From positions 1,408,001-1,472,000 of the forward strand of contig OZ244197.1 of the NCBI GenBank assembly GCA_965216785.1: a stretch of 64,000 nt of DNA, given 5' to 3'. Of this stretch, positions 1 through 9,677 are shown one piece after another (the stretch's first letter is position 1; every line of letters starts with the position of its first letter). The notes beneath the pieces were generated by a model. That model had not been told where the DNA came from. It did not search any database and saw only the letters and a program-made list of their open reading frames with translations. The stretch comes from Thermodesulfobacteriota bacterium (lineage in GTDB: Bacteria; Desulfobacterota_D; UBA1144; Nemesobacterales; UBA2774). Both the position numbers and the translations under genes were made by a program.

Positions 1-317
1 TTCTGTATGACGGGAATATAGAGGACGAGTACCATAAAGCGCTTGAGCTTGCTGGGGATATCCTTACCGTCTGTGTCGATTCGGGGGGCAGTATCACGGG
101 CGAGCACGGCGTCGGTCACGATAAAAAAAGATTCCTGTCTCTCATGTTTGATGAGAGTGATCTCGACACGATGAACCTACTCAGGTGCTCGTTTGATGTG
201 AAGGGCCTATGCAACCCGGGCAAGGTTTTCCCGACCCCCAGAACATGCGTAGAGCCCGGAATGAAGCCTTACAAGGAGCACCCGTTACAAAAAAAGGGTC
301 TTGGTGAGATGTATTGA
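1..317 (+). CDS. glcD: Glycolate oxidase subunit GlcD, FAD-linked oxidase C-terminus (5'-truncated by the window)
   Basis: My translation from position 3 gives ...GGSITGEHGVGHDK...FDVKGLCNPGKVFP...MY* (TGA 315-317). GEHGVG and NPGK are FAD-oxidase_C motifs; glcE and glcF follow. Confidence 0.88.
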   Translation, partial: LYDGNIEDEYHKALELAGDILTVCVDSGGSITGEHGVGHDKKRFLSLMFDESDLDTMNLLRCSFDVKGLCNPGKVFPTPRTCVEPGMKPYKEHPLQKKGLGEMY

Positions 318-380
318 TTGTCGCTAATATTGAATATTCATTTTACTTATAAACGGGGCTGGAATTAATCGTACAATCTA

Positions 381-1712
381 ATGGCTGAATCTAAAGGTAT
401 AAAAGAGTTTATTTCCATTCTCGGAGCGTCCAATGTCGCTGCGGACCCGTCAGGGCTAACCGACTACTCTGTGGACGGGTTGGCCCCAAAGGCTGTTTTA
501 TTCCCAGACAACGAAGAGCAAATTTCAGAGATTATGAAAGTCGCCTCAAAAGAATCCGTTTCGATAGCGCCTGTAGGCTCGGGTACGAAGCTGAGCCTTG
601 GTAATGTGCCTTCAGAGCTGGACGCGCTTCTCTCTACATCTAAGCTCGACCGGGTGCTGGAGCACGAGGCGCGTGACCTGGTGGCAACGACGCAGTGCGG
701 TGTTACGCTCGAGAGCTTTCAAAATAAGCTTGGAGAGAATAATCAGTTCCTTTCAGTTAACCCCATGCACGAAGCCTGTGGTGCTACGATCGGAGGTATT
801 ATCGCCTCAAACTCAAGTGGCCCGCTCAGGCTCCGTTACGGCACTCTCAGAGAGCTGCTTATCGGACTAAGGGTAGTAAGAGCGGACGGCACGGTGTTTA
901 AAGGCGGCTCCAAGGTGGTTAAAAACGTCGCGGGTTACGACCTGCCAAAGCTCTATGTGGGCTCTTTGGGTACGCTCGGGATAATCACTGAAGCCACTCT
1001 CAGGCTCTACCCGGTCCCAGAGCGAAGCGAGACGTACCTAGTGAGCTTCACAACCCTTGAAAAATGCGCCGGGACCGTGATGGAGCTTCTTAAGTCTGAC
1101 CTCGTAATGAACTCGCTTGAGCTCCTTAACCCCGCTTTGGTCGCGCAGGTCACCGAGCGCTCCGGAATAGAGCTAAAGAGGAAAAAATACGCCCTCGCTG
1201 TAAGGATAATGAATGTGGATAAAGCGGTAAGTGAGCAGATGGCGCTCGTTAAGAAAGTTTGTAATAAACACCGTGGTCAGGGCGCAGTAGTAAAGAACGG
1301 TGAAGAGCAAAAGCTGTGGGACGAGATAGTAAACTACCCCTGGAACAGGCCCGGTGAAGACCGGGTGAAGTTAAAAGCAGGGGTGTTGATTACTGCCGTA
1401 AGCGGTGTATTCACAAAGCTTGAAGAATTATCCGAGAATTTCAGTATTACCTCATACGCTTCAGCTAAGGCCGGAAATGGAATTTTAGATATTACGCTAC
1501 AAGGCGGCTCCGGGGAATTGATTTCGGTTATTCGGGCACTAAGAGAATATTGCGACTCCATCGGGGGAAGCCTCGTAATCGAAGCCGCCGCGCCAAAGCT
1601 GAAATCGCAGATCGACGTCTGGGGCGACATGGGCTCCGGGCTCTCACTGATGAAAAGGGTTAAATCTAACTTCGATCCCGCAGGCATACTAAACCCGGGC
1701 AGGTTTATCTGA
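381..1712 (+). CDS. glcE: Glycolate oxidase FAD-binding subunit GlcE
   Basis: GGSKVVKNVAGYDLPKLYVGSLGTLGII and C-terminal FDPAGILNPGRF; lies between glcD and glcF. Confidence 0.88.
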   Translation: MAESKGIKEFISILGASNVAADPSGLTDYSVDGLAPKAVLFPDNEEQISEIMKVASKESVSIAPVGSGTKLSLGNVPSELDALLSTSKLDRVLEHEARDLVATTQCGVTLESFQNKLGENNQFLSVNPMHEACGATIGGIIASNSSGPLRLRYGTLRELLIGLRVVRADGTVFKGGSKVVKNVAGYDLPKLYVGSLGTLGIITEATLRLYPVPERSETYLVSFTTLEKCAGTVMELLKSDLVMNSLELLNPALVAQVTERSGIELKRKKYALAVRIMNVDKAVSEQMALVKKVCNKHRGQGAVVKNGEEQKLWDEIVNYPWNRPGEDRVKLKAGVLITAVSGVFTKLEELSENFSITSYASAKAGNGILDITLQGGSGELISVIRALREYCDSIGGSLVIEAAAPKLKSQIDVWGDMGSGLSLMKRVKSNFDPAGILNPGRFI

Positions 1713-2485
1713 TGATCCGCAGGGAAGAAAAAAACGGCTGGCTTCTCATTACCCAGCACGACCATGCCGGGCTTGCCGGGGAGATAATGGCGTATTGGGG
1801 GAATGAAAGCTTCTCCGTGCTAGAGCCCCGGGACGAGGTGCTTTTTGCCGTAGGCGAGCACGATGCGGGGTGGAGGCAGTGGGACGCGTCTCCGAAGATT
1901 GACGCGAGCTCTGGAGTTCCCGCGAATTTCTCGGAGATGGATACCTCTGATCAGTCTGTGATATGGGAGCACTGCTTCAGGGACCACGCTGCTGAGCACC
2001 AGTACGCCTCTGTTCTCATAGCGCTTCATTTCGCGAAATTCAACCAGCATAACCTCGATAGAGACCCATCGGACGAAAACGCCGGGATGTTAAAGGCTGA
2101 GCTCGGGAAGTTTATAAAAGACAAGGTGGGAGCGGAGTTAAACGGGTTTTCACTTGATGACATTCCACTGGATATAAAGGTCAATCTAAAGCTACTTCAG
2201 ATTGCCGATATAATGTCGCTAACACTATGCCACGGCTGGAAGTCTGTAGAAATAAAGGACGCGCCGCTTGATTATTCGGGAAACTGCAAAACTCTTAAGA
2301 TGGAGTCGGGAGACGGGCTCAATTACACGGTTGAGCCTTACCCCTTCAGCCAGCCGCGGTTAAACTTCAGTATACTAGGCAGGCGGCTTTTCAGCGCCTC
2401 GTTTGCAGACGACGCTGAGTACAGAAGCGCGTATGAAAACGCGGAGCTCGAAAAGCTCTATTTTAAAATAAGTAAGAAGGACTGA
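1712..2485 (+). CDS. DUF3891-family protein (HD-like putative metal-binding residues)
   Basis: LLITQHDHAGLAG...WG, EHDAGW and ALHF motifs; start overlaps the glcE stop (TGATG). Confidence 0.75.
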   Translation: MIRREEKNGWLLITQHDHAGLAGEIMAYWGNESFSVLEPRDEVLFAVGEHDAGWRQWDASPKIDASSGVPANFSEMDTSDQSVIWEHCFRDHAAEHQYASVLIALHFAKFNQHNLDRDPSDENAGMLKAELGKFIKDKVGAELNGFSLDDIPLDIKVNLKLLQIADIMSLTLCHGWKSVEIKDAPLDYSGNCKTLKMESGDGLNYTVEPYPFSQPRLNFSILGRRLFSASFADDAEYRSAYENAELEKLYFKISKKD

Positions 2486-2494
2486 AGAAAGATC

Positions 2495-3802
2495 ATGGCT
2501 GATTACGAAAAGAGCTCTTTTGACGATCAGGACACACCGAGCGCCGATATTATTAAGGACTGCGTGCACTGCGGCTTCTGTCTCTCGGCGTGCCCGACGT
2601 ATTTAGAGACCGGGAACGAGCTCGATTCACCCCGCGGCAGGATCTATCTTATGAAATCAGCGCTTCACGGCGAGATACCTATAGCGGGATCACTTACAGA
2701 GCACCTGGACAGGTGCCTCGGGTGTCTTGCGTGCGAGCCCGCGTGTCCTTCCGGGGTACGCTACGGCTCTCTAATAGAGGCAGCCCGCTCACAGATCGAA
2801 AGGCGTTATGACAGAAGCGCAGGTGAAAAGCTTCACCGTCAGGTGATATTCTCCCTTTTCCCTTACCCTGGGCGCCTAAAGCTCATGCTGCCCTTTCTGT
2901 ACCTGTATCAAAAGCTCGGAATTAGCGCTCTTGTACGCTCGAGCGGTATTCTGGGAAAGCTCTCCGCTAATCTGGAGCAGATGGAGGCAATGCTCCCTCC
3001 TGTTAAATCTCCCACGGTCCCAAGGTCGCTCCCTGCAGTGATAGCTCCCAAGGGGAAGAAGCGTTACAGGGTCGCTATGCTAAGCGGCTGTGTGCAGAGC
3101 GTATTCTTCGGCGACACGAACGGAGCTACGGCCAGGGTGCTGGCCGAGAACGGCTGCGAAGTCATTGTGCCTCAAAGCCAGGGCTGCTGCGGCGCTCTCA
3201 GCATCCATTCGGGCAGGTTGTCCGAAGGGCGGGAGTTTGCCAAGACAACGATCCAGACTTTCGAAAACTTAGACGTAGATGTGATCATTGTAAACTCAGC
3301 CGGGTGCGGCTCCACGATGAAGGAGTACGGGGAGATATTAAAGGACGATCCCGGATTCGCCTCACGCGCAGAGGAACTTTGTGCTAAGACAAAGGACGTA
3401 ATGGAATTTCTCTCGGATATAGGACTTGAGGGGAAGCTGCACGAGCTGAACCTGCGCGTCACATATCAGGACGCGTGCCACCTGGGTAATGCCCAGAGGA
3501 TAAAGTCGCAACCCAGGAGTGTAATGGGACGGATTCCCGGCCTTGACCTCATTGAATTACCCGAGTCAGAGGTTTGCTGCGGGAGCGCCGGTATATATAA
3601 TCTCGTCCAGCCCGAAATGTCTCAGAGCCTACTTGAAAGGAAAATAGACAACCTCCGCACTCAGAATGTGGACTACCTGGTCGCGGGAAACCCCGGGTGC
3701 CTCCTTCAGATTAAAAAGGGGATAGATAAATACGGTTTAGGTATAAAAACCGCCCATCCTGTAGAGCTTCTCGACTGGTCTTACAGGGGTATTAGCGGAT
3801 AG
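2495..3802 (+). CDS. glcF: Glycolate oxidase iron-sulfur subunit GlcF
   Basis: Two CxxCxxCxxxCP ferredoxin motifs (CVHCGFCLSACP, CLGCLACEPACP) and two CCG domains. Confidence 0.92.
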   Translation: MADYEKSSFDDQDTPSADIIKDCVHCGFCLSACPTYLETGNELDSPRGRIYLMKSALHGEIPIAGSLTEHLDRCLGCLACEPACPSGVRYGSLIEAARSQIERRYDRSAGEKLHRQVIFSLFPYPGRLKLMLPFLYLYQKLGISALVRSSGILGKLSANLEQMEAMLPPVKSPTVPRSLPAVIAPKGKKRYRVAMLSGCVQSVFFGDTNGATARVLAENGCEVIVPQSQGCCGALSIHSGRLSEGREFAKTTIQTFENLDVDVIIVNSAGCGSTMKEYGEILKDDPGFASRAEELCAKTKDVMEFLSDIGLEGKLHELNLRVTYQDACHLGNAQRIKSQPRSVMGRIPGLDLIELPESEVCCGSAGIYNLVQPEMSQSLLERKIDNLRTQNVDYLVAGNPGCLLQIKKGIDKYGLGIKTAHPVELLDWSYRGISG

Positions 3803-3805
3803 CCC

Positions 3806-4312
3806 CTACTTATTTACCTCGATCCCGCGTGATTGTATTGCCTCAAGCGTAGCGTCGAGCGGCTTATTCTCACTCACCCAGTAGTTTCCCTTGCTTTCCT
3901 TACTAAAAACAGGGTTTTGAAACTTGCACACGTCGAGATCACCGCCGCACGGAACCTCGTCAAATTTGTCCGGCACCATCTTCCCGCAAGTGAACGCGAA
4001 ATTCCCTTGGCTCATGGTTATGGCCGTCCAGTTCCCCGCGGCAAGCTCGGTTGACCAACCGGCGCTCGCGCCCGGGTCATCCTTGGGCTCGTGATTTATG
4101 TATATTGTGTCTTCTGAAATATTATGGAAGAGAAAAAGGTTCAGCACGCCCCTTGTCTCGTTGTTCAGGAATAATGCTTTGCCGCTAATTTTATAGCCCT
4201 CGGCGTTGCAGCCCTCCGGAAACCCGGCGCCATTGTCTTGAGCCTGGCAGCCACCTAACAAAAAAAGCGCAAATAACGCGAACGTTATCAAACTGTTGTT
4301 GCGGAATTTCAT
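3806..4312 (-). CDS. Lipoprotein resembling Legionella EnhB-type proteins
   Basis: ATG at 4312 follows GGAGGAGG; lipobox LGGC; FPEGC, PGASAGWS...NW, VPC...VC, GNYWVSEN and RGI motifs recall EnhB-like proteins (from memory). Confidence 0.65.
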   Translation of the reverse strand: MKFRNNSLITFALFALFLLGGCQAQDNGAGFPEGCNAEGYKISGKALFLNNETRGVLNLFLFHNISEDTIYINHEPKDDPGASAGWSTELAAGNWTAITMSQGNFAFTCGKMVPDKFDEVPCGGDLDVCKFQNPVFSKESKGNYWVSENKPLDATLEAIQSRGIEVNK

Positions 4313-4425
4313 ATCTACCTCCTCCTTGGCCCTACTTTTTTTAGTTAACGGCGACAATTCAAATAGCTAACGGAAAACTATCGGTTATCCTTATTATATA
4401 CAATAAATAAAGGAGCGCTCAAGGG

Positions 4426-5031
4426 ATGAAATACCTTTTTATCATAGCAATAATTTCAGTTTCATTTATTACTCTTTCCTGCGATGAAACAGAGGATCTA
4501 TTTGATGATGCTACTGGGGGCACGGATTCGTTAATAGATCAGGAAATAGCCGAAGCCCAGGACTATAACCTCACTACGCCTGTTTACGGTATGCGGGTTT
4601 CTGTGAGGGACGATGTGGGTTTGGGTATTAACAATATCCTAAATATCCTCGATAACCGCGCTACGCAGTTTTTGGACTGCCAGTTCGAAGGTGGCTCAGA
4701 TCTCGGATTTGAGGACGTCATGCTCTCAAACGGAGACACCATCGGACCGCTCTCCGACCTCCGGGTTTTCGTCGTACCAAGGAGGTTTAAGTGTGAGGCC
4801 GTGGATCTTGACGTTTGCACCGGCATATATTTCTTCGGAAACGATATCATAGTAGTCTCTTCAGGTAGTTTTGGGGGGTGCCCCAATCTTGCAGTCTGGA
4901 AGCACGAGCTCGGGCACCGTTACGGTATGGAAGCAGATCACAGTAACCTTAATGAGTTCCGTGCCTGCACCGATGAGAATAATTGTTCCTTCGAAGATAT
5001 AATTGGGTTTAACGAAAAGCATATCCACTGA
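4426..5031 (+). CDS. Cys-rich lipoprotein with zincin HExxH motif (putative metallopeptidase)
   Basis: AAGGAG SD; lipobox TLSC; KHELGHRYGMEADH. Confidence 0.6.
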   Translation: MKYLFIIAIISVSFITLSCDETEDLFDDATGGTDSLIDQEIAEAQDYNLTTPVYGMRVSVRDDVGLGINNILNILDNRATQFLDCQFEGGSDLGFEDVMLSNGDTIGPLSDLRVFVVPRRFKCEAVDLDVCTGIYFFGNDIIVVSSGSFGGCPNLAVWKHELGHRYGMEADHSNLNEFRACTDENNCSFEDIIGFNEKHIH

Positions 5032-5039
5032 TAACCGAT

Positions 5040-5630
5040 TTATTTGATCGCTTTTCCACTCTTTCTAAGCCCGAGCCATATTCCGGTATTGATTAAGAAG
5101 CAGAGCACTGTGAGCAGTCCCACAGTGTATTTAAAGAACTGTCTCGGCATTATGTAGAAAGAAAGATCGTACTGATTGTTCATCCATAAGTCGTTCTTAA
5201 ACATCAGAGGATGAAATATCTCCCTCCAGAAAGTGCCGAAAAAAGGCAGCACCAGCAGAAGAGATAAGATCAATACAGCGTTTACCAGAGCAAACCGTGA
5301 AACCCTCTTGCGCTCAAAAGTCAGAGTGAGCAGTATGAGCGCTCCAACTCCCCCAATAAGTAACTTGTCGAATATCCCCCTCACTTCCTCCAGGTGGAGC
5401 TTCTCTTTCTCTGTATAAAAGGTTTGCAGTCCACCCTGATGTCTGAAATAGGCGCTCAGCTCTGAAATTCCCTTTCGCGCTTCCTCCATTCCCACAACTT
5501 CACACCTCTTATGGTACTCGCAGTTGTACTCCATCCACACCGGGGAGTAGACGGTAAATGCCATAGGTATATAGAAAGTGATATAGAGAAGTGATACGAA
5601 AAGAAGGGCGCCCTTAATTCCTTTTATCAT
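5040..5630 (-). CDS. DUF1461 / lipoprotein intramolecular transacylase (Lit)-like membrane protein
   Basis: Four hydrophobic segments; EKLHLEEVRGIF and FHPLMFKNDLW match the two His motifs of the Lit/TIGR01906 family. Confidence 0.7.
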   Translation of the reverse strand: MIKGIKGALLFVSLLYITFYIPMAFTVYSPVWMEYNCEYHKRCEVVGMEEARKGISELSAYFRHQGGLQTFYTEKEKLHLEEVRGIFDKLLIGGVGALILLTLTFERKRVSRFALVNAVLILSLLLVLPFFGTFWREIFHPLMFKNDLWMNNQYDLSFYIMPRQFFKYTVGLLTVLCFLINTGIWLGLRKSGKAIK

Positions 5631-5666
5631 GGCAAAATTGAGTATAAAGCATGGGTATAGTTCTTT

Positions 5667-6881
5667 CTATATGTCCTGATCAATATCTTTATCTGCCCGC
5701 TCGGGAAGCGAGTATCTTAGAACGAGATACCCTATTATAGCGGATAAGAACGATCCCGTCAGGATGCCGAGCCTTGCGTCTATTCCATATTCAGCTTTAT
5801 CCCCTACAAAAGCAAGTGTGCTTATGAAGAGGCTCATAGTAAAACCTATGCCGCAGAGGATAGACGCCCCGTATATGCCTTTCCAATCAATGTCATCCGG
5901 CAGCTTCGCGAGACCGAGCATCACTCCCGCCTTTGCAAACCCGAATACACCGATTTGTTTGCCCACGAAAAGACCGAGCGCTACGCCCAGGGGAATGGGC
6001 TCAAACAGCGTACCGAGCGACATGCCTTCTAGCGAGACTCCCGCGTTTGCGAAGGCGAATATAGGCATAATGGCAAACGCTATCCATGGGTGAAGAGTGT
6101 GCTCGAGATCCCTCAGAGGACAGGGTTCGCCCTCTGCGGTCCGAAGAGGTATCGAGAACGCCAGTATCACGCCTGCAAGAGTTGCATGAACACCTGACTT
6201 AAGAACGCATATCCAGAGTATTACCCCTACAATGACATATGCTGCTATGCGCTTTACGCCCATAAAGTTCATCACAGCGAGTGCCGCGATGGCTACCCCG
6301 GCTCCAATCAACGACGCAAGTGAAAGATCACCTGAGTAAAATACGGCAATAATAACGATTGCTCCCAGATCGTCGATGATCGCGAGGGTAAGCAGGAATA
6401 ACTTCAATGACACAGGGACGCGCGAGCCCAGAAGCGCCATAATCCCGAGCGCGAACGCTATGTCGGTCGCAGCCGGAATAGCCCAGCCGTCAAGCGCGTC
6501 GGGAATACTTAAATTCAGTAGCACGTAGAACAGCGCGGGAATCGCCATACCCCCCACGGCCGCTATACCGGGGAGCGCAATCTGAGAGACGCTCGATAGC
6601 TGGCCGTCCAGAATTTCTCGTTTTACCTCAAGCCCGATCAAAAGGAAAAATATCGCCATTAGACCGTCGTTTATCCAAAGCAGTAAAGGTTTTGCCAGGT
6701 GCAGCGCTCCCACGCGCACTTCAACCGGGGTATCTAGGAATAGATCGTACAGGCCCGAGAGCGGGGAGTTATTTGCTATGAGCGCAAGTACCGCAGCGCC
6801 CACAAGTATGATCCCGCTTGCGGACTCGAGCTTTAGAAACTCTCTTATTGCTTTAACAGCGCGCTTGGAAACAGCCGCCAT
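5667..6881 (-). CDS. nhaA: Na+/H+ antiporter NhaA
   Basis: [46 protein letters not shown]. Confidence 0.97.
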   Translation of the reverse strand: MAAVSKRAVKAIREFLKLESASGIILVGAAVLALIANNSPLSGLYDLFLDTPVEVRVGALHLAKPLLLWINDGLMAIFFLLIGLEVKREILDGQLSSVSQIALPGIAAVGGMAIPALFYVLLNLSIPDALDGWAIPAATDIAFALGIMALLGSRVPVSLKLFLLTLAIIDDLGAIVIIAVFYSGDLSLASLIGAGVAIAALAVMNFMGVKRIAAYVIVGVILWICVLKSGVHATLAGVILAFSIPLRTAEGEPCPLRDLEHTLHPWIAFAIMPIFAFANAGVSLEGMSLGTLFEPIPLGVALGLFVGKQIGVFGFAKAGVMLGLAKLPDDIDWKGIYGASILCGIGFTMSLFISTLAFVGDKAEYGIDARLGILTGSFLSAIIGYLVLRYSLPERADKDIDQDI

Positions 6882-7053
6882 GGTAAATTCCCCCCGAATT
6901 AAGTTGCAAGATTATACGCTAAATGCAGTAGGGAATCAAAGCGCTTTTTCCGCATATACTCCTGCATATTAAGGCCATATAGGTTTTTGATGATTGCATG
7001 ATGTTGTGTTAATATCCATTACCGACCATAGAGAATTATATGCGGAGCGAGAA

Positions 7054-8139
7054 TTGGAAATAGGCTATTTCACAATGCCCCTTCACCCTGCGGGTAGAGA
7101 CCTCTCGGAGACCATGGAAGAGGATCTCGAGCAAATAATAATACTTGATGAGCTCGGGTTTAAAGAGGCCTGGATCGGAGAGCATTTTACCGCCGGTTGG
7201 GAAAACATTCCCGCCCCCGATCTTTTCATAGCAAACGCGATCCCCCTTACAGAGCAGATTGTCTTGGGCACGGGAGTCTCGTGTCTGCCCGAGCACGACC
7301 CGTTCGTACTTGCTCACAGGATTGCGGTGCTCGATAACCTGGCCAAGGGCCGATTTTACTGGGGCATCGGAGCGGGCAGCTTCATAGGTGACTTCGAGGC
7401 GTTTGGTATAGATCCTCAGAGCGGTCAGCACAGAGACCTAACGAACGATTCGCTCGAGTTTATCCTTAACCTATGGAATGACCCGAAGCCGGGAAAATAC
7501 TCAAACTCCAGATGGAGCTTCACCGTGCCTGAGCGTCAGGATGACGTGGGACTCGGCGTACACACCAAGCCCTATCAAAAGCCCCATCCGCCGATTGCCG
7601 TAGCGGGCATAACTCAAAGCTCGGGCACTCTCAGAATCGCGGGCGCAAATGGCTGGATACCGATGAGCATAAACTTTGTGACAAAGGACGTTTTGAATAC
7701 GCACTGGGCTTCGGTACAAGAGGGTGCACGAAGCAAAGGGCTCACGCCGGACCGCTCCAAGTGGAGGATCGCGAGGGATATTTATGTGGCCGAAACCACT
7801 GAGGAAGCTGTAAAAGAAGTGAAAGAGGGCACGCTTGCCCGCGATTTTACAGATTATTTCTTCAAAATGGTCCCTAAAATAAGGGGCAACCTCAACATAT
7901 TCAAGACGGATATTTCGATGCCTGACTCTGCGGTTACGCCCGATTATATGCTCGAGAACCTATGGATTGCAGGAAGCCCTGAGGACGTAGCGGAGCAGAT
8001 TAGAGAGCTCTACACGCATGTGGGAGGGTTCGGGGTCTTACTCGTTATGGGGCACGAGTGGAAACCTAAAGACAAATGGGTGCGCTCGATGAGGCTTCTT
8101 GCCGAAGAAGTTATGCCTCTACTTAAAGATTTATCTTAA
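7054..8139 (+). CDS. Luciferase-like (LLM class) flavin-dependent monooxygenase
   Basis: LGFKEAWIGEH, IVLGTGV, KPYQKPHPPI, GSPEDVAEQI. Likely start TTG 7054 after GGAG; the ORF track starts at 6994. Confidence 0.88.
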   Translation: MEIGYFTMPLHPAGRDLSETMEEDLEQIIILDELGFKEAWIGEHFTAGWENIPAPDLFIANAIPLTEQIVLGTGVSCLPEHDPFVLAHRIAVLDNLAKGRFYWGIGAGSFIGDFEAFGIDPQSGQHRDLTNDSLEFILNLWNDPKPGKYSNSRWSFTVPERQDDVGLGVHTKPYQKPHPPIAVAGITQSSGTLRIAGANGWIPMSINFVTKDVLNTHWASVQEGARSKGLTPDRSKWRIARDIYVAETTEEAVKEVKEGTLARDFTDYFFKMVPKIRGNLNIFKTDISMPDSAVTPDYMLENLWIAGSPEDVAEQIRELYTHVGGFGVLLVMGHEWKPKDKWVRSMRLLAEEVMPLLKDLS

Positions 8140-8198
8140 CTTGAGCTGCAGGTATTGATTCTAAGCTGGGTTCCTTAACTAAATAAAGTAGTTGATAG

Positions 8199-8633
8199 TT
8201 ATTCCCCGCTCTCTACAGGCGTGGTCTTCTCACCCATATCAGATATGTACACAACTTTGTTTACGCCCTGGGTTTTCACGATAGTAAGCCCGTTCATGCT
8301 CAGTATTATTTCAAAGAGTCTCAGCACCTCACCCTTTTCCATACCCGCCTCAGGTGTTATGATGCTAACTTCCTTTGGCTTGATATTGTCTTCGATCAGA
8401 TAGACTTCTTCGTTGATTTCACTGACGGCTTTGATGAGGTCCACTATGTCCATCTCACGCTTTAGGTGCACGATGCCGTCTTCTGTTACGTACTTCTTCT
8501 CAGACTTTTCCTGCGGCTCCTTGGCCTCCACTGTGTCGGTTTCTGCGAGGCTGAGATGAGCGGCAGAAAAAACGCATAATAAAATCACGCAAAGCACTGA
8601 TATGGTTATGTGATTTAGTCTCCTCATGTCCAC
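8199..8633 (-). CDS. Exported protein consisting of a single GspD-like secretin N0 domain
   Basis: Signal peptide, then MDIVDLIKAVSEINEEVYLIEDNIKPKEVSIITP...LFEIILSMNGLTIVKTQGVNKVV, the N0 pattern; no secretin barrel follows. Confidence 0.65.
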   Translation of the reverse strand: MDMRRLNHITISVLCVILLCVFSAAHLSLAETDTVEAKEPQEKSEKKYVTEDGIVHLKREMDIVDLIKAVSEINEEVYLIEDNIKPKEVSIITPEAGMEKGEVLRLFEIILSMNGLTIVKTQGVNKVVYISDMGEKTTPVESGE

Positions 8634-8695
8634 TCTTCCGGTACTCAGATCAATACCTTAGCGTAACATAGAACCATAAAAAGACGAAAGCTTTT

Positions 8696-9673
8696 TTATA
8701 TATACAGATCGGTTTCCTTAATCTTCTTTATCCGCTCTTTTCTCTCTTCTCTTCTCGCTTCAGCCTTTTTCCAAAGCCTTTTCTCTTCCGGAGTTTCAGG
8801 CGCGAATTCGGGCGTCGGCTTTGGCGAGCCGTCCTCTCCCACATGTACAAAGCTCAAAAACGCCGTACAAGTATGTCTCTGCTCTCCCGTCATGATGTTC
8901 TCCGAGAGCACTTTAATCCCAACCTCAAGCGAAGTGTTGCCTACGTAGGTAATCCCGGCTTTGAATATTATTATGTCTCCTACCTTGATAGGTGAGTAAA
9001 AATAAAGATTGTCTAATGAGCCTGTGACCAGAACTCCCTTTACGAACCTCATTGCGAGTATGGCGGCGGTTTCATCAACTGCCAGCATGAGCTTGCCGAC
9101 GGACATGAAGTTGCCGTAGAAGGTGTCCTCAGGTAGCACGACCCTCGTAGTCTCAAGGCGTTTCCTTACTATCTCGGTCTCATCTATTGTATTTCTTGCC
9201 TGATCATCCCTTTTGGCTACCTTAGGGAGCCTGCCCTCTTTTCTTTTTTGCGCAGCGGTATATAAAGTCATTTCGCGGTCGTCAGCGGGAATTATTTGCT
9301 CGTCCAATTTACGTGGGTTACCGTCCTTATCAACAGCTATAAAGGCCATGTGCGAGAATGTCGTAAGCGTTCTCTCCCCACTCTCCGGGTTCTCCGCGTG
9401 CACCATGACTCCCACTTCAAGTGAGCTGGACCCTATGTTCTCTATCCAGCTCTCAAGCACAACAATTTCTCCCACTTTAACAGGATTTACAAAATCTATA
9501 CTGTCCGTCGCTCCAAGCACTGTGATGCCTTTTGATACGCGTGAGGAGTTAACGCTCCCGGCCAGCATTATCCAGTCCATGAGCCTGCCGCCGTGAAGCG
9601 TCCCTTGGGTGTTTGCGTGCTCCGGGAAAACGAACTGTACCATCTGATGTCTTGTCTCTTTTATAGTCGGCAT
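8696..9673 (-). CDS. Acyl-CoA thioesterase, tandem hotdog domains
   Basis: VFPEHANTQGTLHGG...GSSSLEVGV, repeated as VLPEDTFYGNFMSVG...GNTSLEVGI. Confidence 0.9.
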   Translation of the reverse strand: MPTIKETRHQMVQFVFPEHANTQGTLHGGRLMDWIMLAGSVNSSRVSKGITVLGATDSIDFVNPVKVGEIVVLESWIENIGSSSLEVGVMVHAENPESGERTLTTFSHMAFIAVDKDGNPRKLDEQIIPADDREMTLYTAAQKRKEGRLPKVAKRDDQARNTIDETEIVRKRLETTRVVLPEDTFYGNFMSVGKLMLAVDETAAILAMRFVKGVLVTGSLDNLYFYSPIKVGDIIIFKAGITYVGNTSLEVGIKVLSENIMTGEQRHTCTAFLSFVHVGEDGSPKPTPEFAPETPEEKRLWKKAEARREERKERIKKIKETDLYI

Positions 9674-9677
9674 AGGA

